Made by a program: the position numbers and the translations under genes
Shown here: positions 38,014 through 50,279 of the stretch, one piece after another
Position numbering within the stretch: the first letter of the stretch is position 1
Layout of the letters: each line of letters opens with the position of its first letter
Assembly: GCA_044892525.1 (NCBI GenBank)
Contig: CM097887.1
Span: forward strand, 98,868,397-98,932,396
DNA: 64,000 bases
Source: Schmidtea polychroa
Taxonomy: Eukaryota
Reading direction: 5' to 3'
Notes under the pieces: generated by a model
Seen by the model: only the letters and a program-made list of their open reading frames with translations
Databases searched by the model: none
What the model was told of the DNA's origin: nothing

Positions 38014-40042
38014 TGTGCAACAAAAAATGTAAAAATTCCTTGCACAATGCCAAAATATTAATTACATAAGGTTGCTGATTTGCAAAAATAAGGCAGTAAA
38101 ATTTACATGTGGGTTTTTTGTAAATTTTATATTTTGTTTAGCTTCACGAGGTTCTAGGAAAATGCCTAGGTACCCTATGCAATAAATCTACACTGACTAT
38201 AAATTAAGTCTTTTAACCAAGGATAATGACACTTATTCTTTTTACTAGCTAAAATAATTTATATTAAATTTATTTTTCATTATGGGCGAATTTAGTTTGA
38301 ATGACGATTTTCGTGTTTTATAAACCACCTGGTTATGAAAATTCGATATATTTACAATCAAGGCAATTGTTGTTCTTTATTTTCTATTTTTCAATGACAA
38401 AATACAAATTTGGAACGCGAACAATGTGTTGAAGAATTTGAAGAAAAAATAGTAATAGTCTATAAAGAATAGATGATGATATTGATATGATCCCTATGGG
38501 AAGTTGGTTGAATAATCAAATAATGAAAAGACTGAAATAACCTCGCTAATTTTCAGTAAACAAAATATAATTATTTTTTGATTTTTAAATGACAGTCGGA
38601 TAATAAGGAGTCAGGATTCAGAAGCTGAAAGCAGTTAAGCCCTAGAATTGCAAAGAAATAAGAATAACATATATCAAAATGTCACACTTGTGGAGTGCAA
38701 TTGAAACTTTCTGTACGCTGGAACGGCTATTTATAAGCAGTTTCGAAACTCAGCCTATGGGATTTAGTTTTGTGAGAAAAATAATCTTGACCTGAGAGTA
38801 ACAACTAGTGCAAATAGAGATCCACGTTGACTTTTCCCCCAAAGTTTTTTGAGCTAATCATTTAATATTCTCAATTTTTGTAAAAATTAAATGAAAACAA
38901 AAATTGATATTTTTCTCCTTAAATTCAGAATTAATTAATAAATTTAATAAGATGTAAAATTTAGGCCGAGTAAGTACAGGAAATATAGAAAGTAAAGTAT
39001 TATACAAAAAGATTCAACAGTTCGCCATATATTTCACATAGACCCGAATAAAGTCAAGTTCCTTTATCTTCATTTTAGACTAAAGATAAATATTCGTATT
39101 TATTTTATGCGAATTTACTGCACAACTTTTTTCAAGTGTTGTCAATTAATTCAATATTTGAAGTTTGATAAAACCACTTGTGCTGTTTCAGAAGGTTTCA
39201 CTGATCTTATCAACAACCCTAAAACTATAAGCAGCGGGTTGCCGATGAAAATTCCAAAGAAAATTCAGTCTAAAATTTATAACTTTTCTCATTGCTGTGG
39301 TCGGTTCAACTATTTTGAGCATTAAAGAATACAATGATGATTCTGCTTCTCAAACCAAAGTTTACTTGAAATTGGTTGATTATACTTTTGATTGTATAAT
39401 GTAAATCTTTTGTTAGATAATCATCCTCCTTTCATTACGGATACAATATAGTATATCATCTAAAGTTTCTTAGGAGTGAATCAAAACATGAGATTTATGA
39501 ACGGGTTCGATTTTGAATGCTTTCGGTAGACTATATATTTCCTTTATAAATTTGACTATTGTTGGGTTAAACGAAGTAATCCAGAATTTCTCACTGAGGT
39601 TTGTCTTATCAAAACCAAATTGTCCGTTTGCATTCGGTACCCTCTTTATAGTTAGAAGATAATTTTGTCATTGTTTCAAAAGCATAAAATTTATTGCGAC
39701 ATTTTATAATGCGGATAACTTTTTAATATTTTTACAATAGAATGCCAATTTTTTGTAGACAATATCAATATTTTGTAATAAATCTTTCCAAAGTGTTCAA
39801 ATTAATGATTTTTCTAAACTATTAAGTCTTTTAAATACGTGAATTAGATTATTACAAATTTTAGAATAATTAAAATAAAGAGCTTTCAGATGAATATTTT
39901 TTCCATATTTTCTATTTGTTTGCCCACCAGAACATGACGCATCATACTACTGACATCAATAATTTATAATATCAAGAGTACGAAGTTTGAGGATCCTTTT
40001 TAAAATGTCAAAAAGCGTATTTTCTATCACGTTACATTGAAG

Positions 40043-40864
40043 CAAGGACGTAGCTAAGAGGCCATAGGGGGCATTTGCCCGCTCAAAATAAATTATGGAT
40101 TATCAAATATAAGTTATATATTTTAATAAAACCTTTATTTGGGTTTTGTTATGAGAATTGTATGAGAATAAAAAAACAATGTATATTTTTAGTTAAGTCT
40201 TTTCAACTCCAAAACAGTAAAACTAAGCTTGCGCTAGCTATTCCCGTAGTTTGTCGGTCTTTTCGGCACAACAAAGTACATAGACGAGTGCCAGTTTAAC
40301 CATCCCGGTTATATGTATCGTTGAGCAAACCACCCCCATTTCTCCTTATTTGACACATTTACTTGTGTTAGTTTCAAGTTAATAGTTTTGAAGTGCAATA
40401 GTTTTTATTTTATATGTAATAAAACGTCTAATAATCATTTGAATATTTTCCACTACAGTAACTTACTGTCAGTAAGTACTATTATTCTTTTATTTTGTTC
40501 ATTTTGTTACCACTGTAATTTTATTGATAGAAATGAGCAATAAAGAAAAGCAAATTAAAGTCAATCAACTCTGTTGAGTTTTTTTTTCTCAAAGAACAGC
40601 CGTTTTGAATAAATCTACCTATAATAAAGTAGATCATATTTATGAAAATTTATCGAATGATCATATAGAAGAAAGAGAACCTGCAAATGCTACTTCCAAA
40701 TAACCGCTTTTTCTAGTATAGATATAATAATTAATAATAAATTTGTTAATTATCTTAAAATATTTTTTTCTATTTTTCCTTGTCAACTTTTAACATTGCT
40801 CGATGAATTTCTATAATTAATAGTTTTGTCCCCCCCCCAAGCAGAAATCCTGGCTACGTCCCTG
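40043..40864. mobile_element. hAT-type non-autonomous element, 822 bp
   Basis: TIRs CAAGGACGTAGCTA / TGGCTACGTCCCTG and TSD CATTGAAG/CATTGAAA. Confidence 0.82.
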
Positions 40865-43615
40865 CATTGAAATAAATAAAATATTTTCTCATTTTTAAGT
40901 ACTTGTGAATAATAATAGTTTGTTGATCTCATCTTTTCAAAATTATTATTTCAGATATTATATTCATTATAACTTTTCATCATAATATATAGTTAAATTT
41001 AATACTAGGCGGGAAAAGGAATCATTATCTTTTCCATGACTATAATGACAGCTAATTGGCTTCTTTCGAAACGAATCTGACTGTAATATACAATTATCAA
41101 AAAAATATGTAACAGTTTATAGAAAATATTTCAAAAATCACATTAAAAGGGTTAATTTAAACAAATTTTTAAAAGTTAAAATACCCATGGCATATGAAGG
41201 TATTTAAACTGCTGCGCGCATAACCCGAATTTTTGTAACTTGTGACATAATTAAAAAATTCATTTCTTTAAAATCCTTTAAAATTCTTTAAAACAACGTT
41301 ATACGAGGCAATCAAATATTCTGGTTTGAAAAAAATAAATGAATTAAACTAAATTAAACAAAACATGACAAAAAATATAACTAGCTAGCTAAGTTATTAA
41401 TGCATAAACAATAACGCAAACGCAAACAAAAACATCAGAAATATAAATCAAATGAAAATTATGTACAGAAAATAGATTTTCAAAAAACAACGCTTGCTTA
41501 GAATTATGGAAAAAGTTCTACATATAAAAAACATAATAGCGAAACAACGTTGCTTGGGGTATGGCTTTGATAAACTGGTCATTAATAACTAAAATTTAGT
41601 TGACTTCCTTAACTTATAGAGATTTAGTCGAGGGAAAGAATTTAAAATAAGTCGAAATTTGTATCAGAATTCCGTTTTACTTATAAATTTATTATTCATT
41701 TAAATTTATGTTAACATATTATGAATGAAAATTTTTTTTTCACATTTTGATTTATTAAAACAAAATATTAATTTTGTCCAATAAATAAGAAATCTATTAG
41801 AGGATGTTATTAATCTAATATCAATCAGTATAAATTGACATTGCACAGACATTTTTCATGTATTTGATTTGTTGCGAACTAAAATTTTCGATAAAATACA
41901 AATTCAGTGCCAAGCATTTTTAAATATTTTAAAAATAACAAAATCGAGTGACAGTGGTAAAATAATCTATATTTCAAAATCAAATTAAATTTTTTTAATT
42001 ATAATCGTAATTTATTAAATCTCGAATGTTTACTTGTACTTCAATATCATTGATCTACTTATTTGATTAAATTAATTATTCATCTCTTAATTGTTTACCG
42101 AAATTTATCGAACTCTAAATCAATTTATTCTGATAAAATAAACATATTGTCAATTTAATAATTAATAGTATCATTAAACTATACAATAATATAAATCATT
42201 AATTTATAAACATGCCGACCTCATCGATTGGCAAGTATGAATATTTTATACTACTTATAAACTAATCAACTGAAGAAATATTTTAACTTTTATTTATCAT
42301 TTCTAAACAAAATATATTAAATTAAATCAACATTGAGGCATTGTTATCAAAATCTAATAAATCATTTGTAGGCAAATTTTTCATAATGAATATATCAACA
42401 GACTGAGAGCCATGTTTTTTACTAAAAAATGTATATCCTACAATCGAAATATCCCACATTTCTATGAGTTTTTATCGAAAATATGAATTTTACCTATTAT
42501 GTTGATTGTCAAATTTATTCCTTTATTTGACAGTCAGCAGTCAGAATATAATTGATGACATAATTTAGAATTATTATCAGCAAATCCTATGTTTATTAAT
42601 TTAAATAGATTTTTATAAAATAAAATAAAAACAAATATCAGAAAAAATATTTTAGCTTTTGTTTTCACTATTGAAAATACCGACTTTAGTTAAGAATGGG
42701 ATTTTTTTTTTGGGGGGGGGGGGCTCTTGTAAGCTATCGCTCAACAGTAAAGTTGTATATTGGATACGTACGAGAAGTTATACGTCTATTAGCACTCTGT
42801 TTGGAGTTCGGTTGGCTCATCTATGAGAAAAAGTAAGGTTTGCTTGTTTTGGAAAAATACAAAATAATTTTGAAAGACATTTTTAATAATAAAAAGAAAC
42901 TATAAACAAATTACAAACAGTAAGTAAAATTGAACTTTTCGTGTTTATTAACAATGGTAAATCAAAATTTCCAACAATTTCATTCTTTACATCTCCACAA
43001 CTACCTTTGCCAGTGCACGGTGTAATATTTTTTAGGGTCTCTTCGTTTTTGGGGAAATATTAGTAATAGTATAAATATGAAATATAATTGTACATTATTA
43101 TGTTTATTTGTAAATTGTGATAATGAATTTTGTAATAATAATTTGTAATAATGATTGAAAGAACATCCTATGCAGCAATTTAGCAACACGTTATTTTTCT
43201 ATTCAATTTGGTTAATAGTTTGTGAGGTTATAATCTAAAAAAAAAATTCATTTCACAGTTTCATTGCATGTGTACCTGTTTTACCTACCTAGTTATCGCA
43301 CTACTACTAAGTCTTGTACTAAGTCTTGTTTGCGATAATGTTGATCTTAAATACTTCTCCCTTTGCTACAGTTGCTAGCACTGTTAGTAGGATAAGCAAT
43401 ATCTTGTAAACTCAAGAGTTTGTCACATAATAGGTTTAATTGTTAAAATTTCTTATGCAGTATCCAAGAAAATATCTAAAAAGGGAACTTCAAATATTCG
43501 CCTTCATGATCATGTTAGCTTATCTTTTATGCTATCCGCGTCCACCCTAAAAACTTGTAACCTATTTCAACTTCATTTATCCTCATTTCTTTTAAGATGT
43601 TGGAATCTTCCCAGT

Positions 43616-44038
43616 CAGAGCTGGATTTACTCTTAAGGGGGCCCAATGCTAAAGATCTTATGGGCCTTTTTATAATTTTTTTAAACAATAAGTTTAATTT
43701 GTTTCCTGCTGTTATATAATTAAAATAAAAGTTTAGTTTCGAAAATAATCTAACATTTATTCATATATAAAAGATCTAAACATGAAGTACAATTCATAGA
43801 CAACATTTTCTTCTAGATTTTTTCTCTGCAAAATTTTCAACAGCAACTTTAGAAAGGTATTATATAAAATTAAATATGTAAAATATTTAATACTTCTTTA
43901 CTTATATTACATAAATATATTAATCTGCAAATAATTAAAAGATTTAATAAGTTTTTATAATAATAAAACAAAATTTAGGCCCTCGCCAGTCGGGCCCTAA
44001 GCTTCAGCTTTGTCAGCCTAGGGATAAATTGAGACCTG
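43616..44038 (+). mobile_element. hAT-type MITE, 423 bp; related partial copies at 37287..37533 and about 45691..46117
   Basis: Ends CAGAGCTGGATTTA / TAAATTGAGACCTG, TSD TTCCCAGT/TTCACAGT, and clear alignment by eye with the two other copies. Confidence 0.75.
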
Positions 44039-47000
44039 TTCACAGTTGCTTATAAACACTTGAAAGATATTTACCAAAAAATTCGTATTAAATATAAAAC
44101 AAAATATTGATTAATAATCTGAAAATAAATAAAGATAAAAATAACCAATAAAGCGTAAAAGATTTATTTGAAGACTTGAAATTTAATTAGAAATATACTT
44201 AGCCTAAATTTATTTACTCCAAACCGACGATGTGTATAATTGAATTTGACAATTCACTTCAAAAAACTACAATAATTCTGTAAATTTGTAAGATGAGTAC
44301 ATCAAGAGGTTGGGAAGAAATCAACTCTATGAAAATGTATTAAAACTAATAAATTTGTCGATTATTAAAATTATTTTTACTAGCATTAAATTAAACAAAT
44401 TTAAACATTAAAATGTCTGTGATTGTAAATTTTAATTTAGAAATAATTTAGACCCATTTTGACGGAAAACAAAACAAAAACGGAAAAAACCAGTGAAAAT
44501 TTGATAATATTATGCTCCTCATTTATTGCTATTTACTAAAAGCCAAATAAAACAAAATTTTTTTTGATTATTTTCTAGGATTCTTTAAAAATTGTTTTGT
44601 TTTAAATACTGAAATAATAAAAATATATTTTTCTCAATTAATCACTTAGTGAATGAAATAAACGAGTCCACTTCCCAAAAATGATTGATATCCATATCCA
44701 ACACTTTTACAGACCTCGAAACTATTTTATATTTATCTCAGAAAAATCTTTCAGTATCCAACACTTTATTTGCACCAAGAAAGACAAGACATTTAGGGAA
44801 AGGATTATAAATTGTATGTAAACTAATTTTTCTCTTCTACATTCTTGAATGAGAATATATCCATACCGATTTATATTATTTTAAATATTTAAATGGAAAT
44901 TTAAATTTTTATTATGTATAATGTATTTTCAATTAGTATTCACACATCAAAACCCTTTTTCGTGGGCATTTTTGGGAGGTTCATTAACCATGCGTTTATC
45001 TGTAAAGCAAACAATGAAGAAATCTTGTGAATTACTCTTTAAAGAAAATGTTCTCTTTAACCCATTACCACCCACTGTACTCACATGGGTACACTTGCTA
45101 AAGGTGTGATTTCATGTTTTTATATAATGATTATCCTGGAAGTAGTGACCCATTTCATCTTTGCACTACTTAATGTTCACTACCTATATCTCACTACTTT
45201 ATTCATATGTATTTTATTATATAGATGAGATCACTAGACCTCTTAGATTACGTATAGTTTTTTTACGTGTAGTTTTCTTTTGGGCGTTAATGGATTAATA
45301 AGGACAGCCATATAATTATTAAATTTACTGAGTATATTTTTCAATATTTTTATTTGCATAGTTTTCAGATTTTTGGTTTTTCTAATTAGTCAGAGGTTTG
45401 AAAATTTACATTCTGTACAATACTACGATAACTTAAATTCCATACTTCTTTATTTCACCTTTTACACCAAAATAGTTACTTTCCCATTCTCATTGGTTAC
45501 ATCTACTTGACTTTTCTCACTGTCATTTTTAATTTCCTACTCAACTTCTCATAAATATAAATATAAAATTTCTGATTTGAATTTAAATTAATCTCTTTTT
45601 ATAATACTTAATAGTTTTATTATCAATTGTTGGCGACCTATTACTAAATTCAAATATCGCTTTTTTGTTTTCATAGTTAAATATTAAGTATTTACTCTTG
45701 AGGGGGCTCAAGGATAAAAAGTTTATGTGCCCTTTTATAATTTTTTGTTAAACTAAAAGTTTAATTTTTTCTTGCTGTTATATAGTTAAAATAAAATTTT
45801 AGTTTCAAAAATAATCTTACAATTATTCATATATAAAAGATCTAAACATGAAGTACAATTCATAAATAAAAAACATTAATTTAGAAACATTTTCTTCTAG
45901 ATTTTTTCTCTGCAAAATCTTTAACAGCAATTTTAGAAAGGTATTATATTAAAAATAATATGAAATATAATTAAATACTTCTTTATTTATATTACATAAA
46001 TATAATCTGCAAATAATTAAAAGATGTAAAAAATAAATTTTTATAATAATAATACAAATTTTGGGGGCCATGCCAGTCGGGCCCTAGGCTTCAGCCTTGT
46101 CAACCTTCGGGTAAATTTTTTAGGTAATGACTAACGAATTGAATTAATGATAAGAAGATTAAAGAATGTAAACTAAAAATGCAAAAAACTAAACCAATTG
46201 ATTTCTTTGAATTTCATACTAATAATTTGATGCCATCTAGTAAGTATTATCCAGTTATTCTCCGTAGCTGTAATTTTGGAAGTTAAATTAAATGCGTTTT
46301 GTCTTTCTTCTGTTGGGTTTTAGGTAATTTAAGTCGGTCGTGTCCTTTTAATCAAAACAAAAAATCATCCAACGTATATTTGAATCACAAAAATATATTT
46401 TTCTCGACAATAAATAATCAAGGTTCAAGTTTGACCGATTCTCCGCTCGGTGTTGATGCTTTGATAAAAGATAATATTCACCTTTTTATTCCTTAGGTTC
46501 TCTTGACCAACGTTTTCCTTTTTCTATTTTATTTGATTCCTTTTCACCTTTTCGTATTCCTATTCTATATTTCCTTTTTCCCTAATCTCCTTAATTCGTC
46601 TTTTCCTTTTCCTAGCTAATCTTCTACTAACCCAAGATGAGGCAAAATGCCGATTATTTTGAATTTCGACTTTGCTTTTATACTGGAATAATCACTTTGA
46701 TTAATCGATTTTTGACCTGATTGCTCCTATCTGACAAAGGTTTGACAACCGGTTCCTTGAACGTTGTTTGCACCATATCATGATTAATTGGCTCCTTTTG
46801 CTATTCCTTCGTAATAGTCCTAACTTTGTTTGTCTCCATTAATCATGCTGTCATGATAATGGTCTTCCGAGATTCTCATTTTGTTTACTTTTCCTGTTAA
46901 TCGAGCTCAGGTTTCATATTAGTTCGAGTTTTCTATTAGCCAATTAATTAATTAATTAACGATTTTCTGTTTTAACACATTAGAAAGCTTTACGACCCTT

Positions 47001-48566
47001 TCTAACCCTTTCCTGATAAATTCCTAATCATCCTCTTGTTGACTATCAGCTAATTTACACCTGTCCCGTTTTTCCAATTCAATTTCGATAACTTTACAAT
47101 TTATTGATTTTTCTCGAATTTCCGGATTCTTGCCTTTCGCAACTGCTTTTGCCATTTTCTACTACAGCTTCCATCATACTTTCCTTTACTATCAATTCTG
47201 TGCATGATCACGCTTTTATTTGTCTTTTTCCATCACCTACTTTCCATTTAAATTTTCCACCTAAATTTATTGAAATTTATTTTTAATTTACTGACCTCAA
47301 CACTTCATTAAACATGTGTACTCTGAAACAATTCAAATTCAGTAAATGTCTTTGCAGATTGAATGGGATAGGAAAAAGTCATTTAAATCAGGAAAGAGAG
47401 GAGCCCCGATGAACACTTTCCATTGCCACACTTTCATGTCAAAGGCCAAAGAGGTTGGTGATATTTATGTTGATACTTAAACAGATTGCATCTAAAAATT
47501 TTGAAAATTTTTTGACCTTACACACATTTAAACTAATACATAAAGATGAATCTCTGCTTAAAATGTTGAATGAAGTTGCAAAAATTAACATCTATTAAGT
47601 GAATCTATATAAAAGCAAGATGGTTACCAATTAAGATACACATTACAGACTTTGTAGTAGATTCAAGTAATCAGAGTTGTAGAAATTCCAGAATTAAAAT
47701 CATTTGACATTTCGATCTCAATGATAACAAAGATCATAGGAACGTAACCGAGTTTAAATTTGTTTTGGTAACTAAGTCGGTGTATATTGTATCACTCGAC
47801 CCCACCCGAATGTCGAACACATAATAAGTAGTCGACATTAAAGTATGTGAGGAAGAATTCAATTTTTTACCACAATTTTTTATTAGGGTCAAGAGTTTTG
47901 TAATACATGTGAATGCACTATTGGGTCATTTTGAAAGAAACAACTTTAATCAAATTATTCACGTTGTCCTCAAAAGAATTAAAATATATATAATTTAATT
48001 AAAAATTATAGAGATTTTGGATAAATAACTTATATTTTTAATTGTAAATGATATTATATTATTTAAATTTTATTGATTGAAATAGTTAAATTTTCGATAT
48101 TAATTTTTATCTATTATTATTTTTCAATAATTATTTATTTAATCGAATTTAAAACAAATTATCCAAATAAAACAGTAATTTGAATCCCAGTTTCAAATTA
48201 AGTTACTTCATAGATTTTAAATTATGAATTTAACCATTTTTATTTTTGAATAATTATTATGTAATCATGTATAATAATTTATATAGTCTAAAATTTGGCC
48301 TTACTTAGAATAATTAAACAAACATATTTATTTACAAATTTGTTTATCTCCATGAAGTAAACAACGCAAATTTAATACAAATCATGGAGTAGTTATTATT
48401 AAAATTAAACATAAATTATAATTTCAATGTAACATATTTTTTATGCTTATTTTTTCTTTGCTGAAATTTTAATTTAAAATTATATCAACTTATTAGTTTT
48501 AGATTTATTATTTACAATTGATAATGACATGATTATTCGCTTCAATAAATAAGAAACAAGTTAAAC

Positions 48567-48821
48567 ATGTCTAAAGATAGTGGCGATCAGGGAATTTCAA
48601 GCAAACACGATAACAATTCATTAAACACAAATAATGAGATTGAATGTACTGGTGAATCATCTTTGCTTAATTCGATTGTTGAGGCTGTTATGAGAGGAGA
48701 TATGAATCAAGTTGTTACTTTGGCTTTGTCACACAGGAGTAGTGATCAAAGAGTAAAAACAATGGTGGACCAAGCACTTTCTTCAGCAATATCTAATAAA
48801 GCCAAATTAATCGATAACACG
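48567..48821 (+). CDS. First coding exon of an unassigned gene (MSKDSGDQG...KLIDNT)
   Basis: ATG in aaacATG context and a protein-like 85 codons. Donor gttagg at 48822 is followed by a 45-nt intron ending tttatag. Confidence 0.65.
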
Positions 48822-48866
48822 GTTAGGCAATTAAAAATTATGTTTATTATAATAAGTAATTTATAG

Positions 48867-48976
48867 GAAGAAATATTTGCTGAAAATCTAGATATTACTT
48901 CTAGTATTAGCACTAAATCGACTGAAGATGTTGGAGGTGCAGAATCAGCTGTTCCAAAGTCGCCAAATTCGATAAA
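48867..48976 (+). CDS. Second exon of the unassigned gene (EEIFAENLDITSSISTKSTEDVGGAESAVPKSPNSI)
   Basis: In frame after the 45-nt intron. The phase-2 donor gttggc at 48977 is weak but matches the phase-2 acceptor at 59543. Confidence 0.55.
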
Positions 48977-49904
48977 GTTGGCTTTCATTACATAATTTTC
49001 ATATATTTGTAAAATTAAGTACCTTTAAACTTAAATTTCAATGGTAATGTTTGATAAATTTTGTAACTCGAATTCATGTTTAATTAATTTTATACACTAT
49101 AAATTAAATAAACTTTATTCATAAAATCTTTAGTTATTTTATTTGGAGTCACAGGATTGTATATAATTATTTTAGATGAATATTAAATTCCCACTATTTA
49201 TGAAGTTGGTCACATTATATAATTGAATTCATTATAACTCTCAAGCCGTCGCCATGATATTTTTATCCCTAAAATATTAATGAATTTTAATAATTGAAAG
49301 GCGGATTTAATTGAAAAGTAAATTTTGAAATACTCCGAAATATGTATCACAAATATCAAATCAGCACTAAATAATTTATTTAAAAAAATTATAATTGGTT
49401 TTAAATTATGAAGATTTATTAAATTTTATAAATAAAAGCTCAAAATTTTATTATCCCAGTTACTATCTTAGATTCAATATATCGGCTTTGTAATTTTCAA
49501 TACAATTTTAAACCATTAAACTTATCTCAACTCTTCGACCACTAAATGTTCCTCAATAATATGGATTAAAAAGCTATATGAACGGAAATAAAGGTCATTA
49601 AGAAGTTCTTATCGTTATTTTTGATGAAAAACTCTAAGCTTTCCATTTATATAATTTTATTCAAAAGTACATAATTTTGCATTCAATTAAATACAGCTGT
49701 TTTTATTTTTTGAAGAAAAATATTTTTACTGTTGAATATAACATTTTAATTTATAAAAATATTCTTTTTTCCTTATGTAAAACGATACACATTTTACAAA
49801 ATAATAAAAAAATGCATAAAATTATTCCTCCAATTAGGAACTTACTAAATCGTTAGCACTAATCATGATTTTTGATATTTTTTTTATTTTTTATAAATTT
49901 CTCT

Positions 49905-50110
49905 AACTTGTAAGAACTTTTTTCAATCTTCATCTCCGATTTCTTTTCAATTGACATTGTATTTATTAAAAAATTGACTATGAATCAGTAAATATATCGA
50001 TGTTTTTTTGTTGAAAAATCACTTGAAAAAGACTAAGTCGAAAATTCGTGAATATAAAAAAAATATCGATATCTTTACTGATTCATAGCCAAGGTTTTTA
50101 ATAAATACAA
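49905..50110. repeat. Second two-armed copy of the foldback family, abutting the gypsy LTR
   Basis: The left part is the reverse complement of the 4205-4292 arm. The right arm ends at the gypsy TSD. Confidence 0.75.
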
Positions 50111-50111
50111 C

Positions 50112-50279
50112 AGTTACAACAATTGGTTCCATCTAAAGATTTTATTGATATTAACACAGAGTGATCACTCTTAAATAGTAATGTATATTGCGTAATAACT
50201 AACACATTGTATTGAATTACGCAATATACTCTGAACTGCTTCACATTTGGTCCTTGGCATCTAATGTAATATCATTACT
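50112..50279 (-). repeat. 3-prime LTR (168 bp)
   Basis: Direct repeat of 54574..54741, preceded on the element strand by the polypurine tract GAAGGGGAG (50288..50280). Confidence 0.97.

Noticed and set aside
45000-45084. Minus-strand intron-like segment (gtgagt ... ttgctttacag, 85 nt)
   Set aside because: The flanking frames contain stops and connect to no gene model. A non-coding transcript cannot be supported without RNA data.
46270-47260. Purine-skewed segment that looks like a decayed retroelement
   Set aside because: No diagnostic gag, pol or integrase motif was found in any frame I read.
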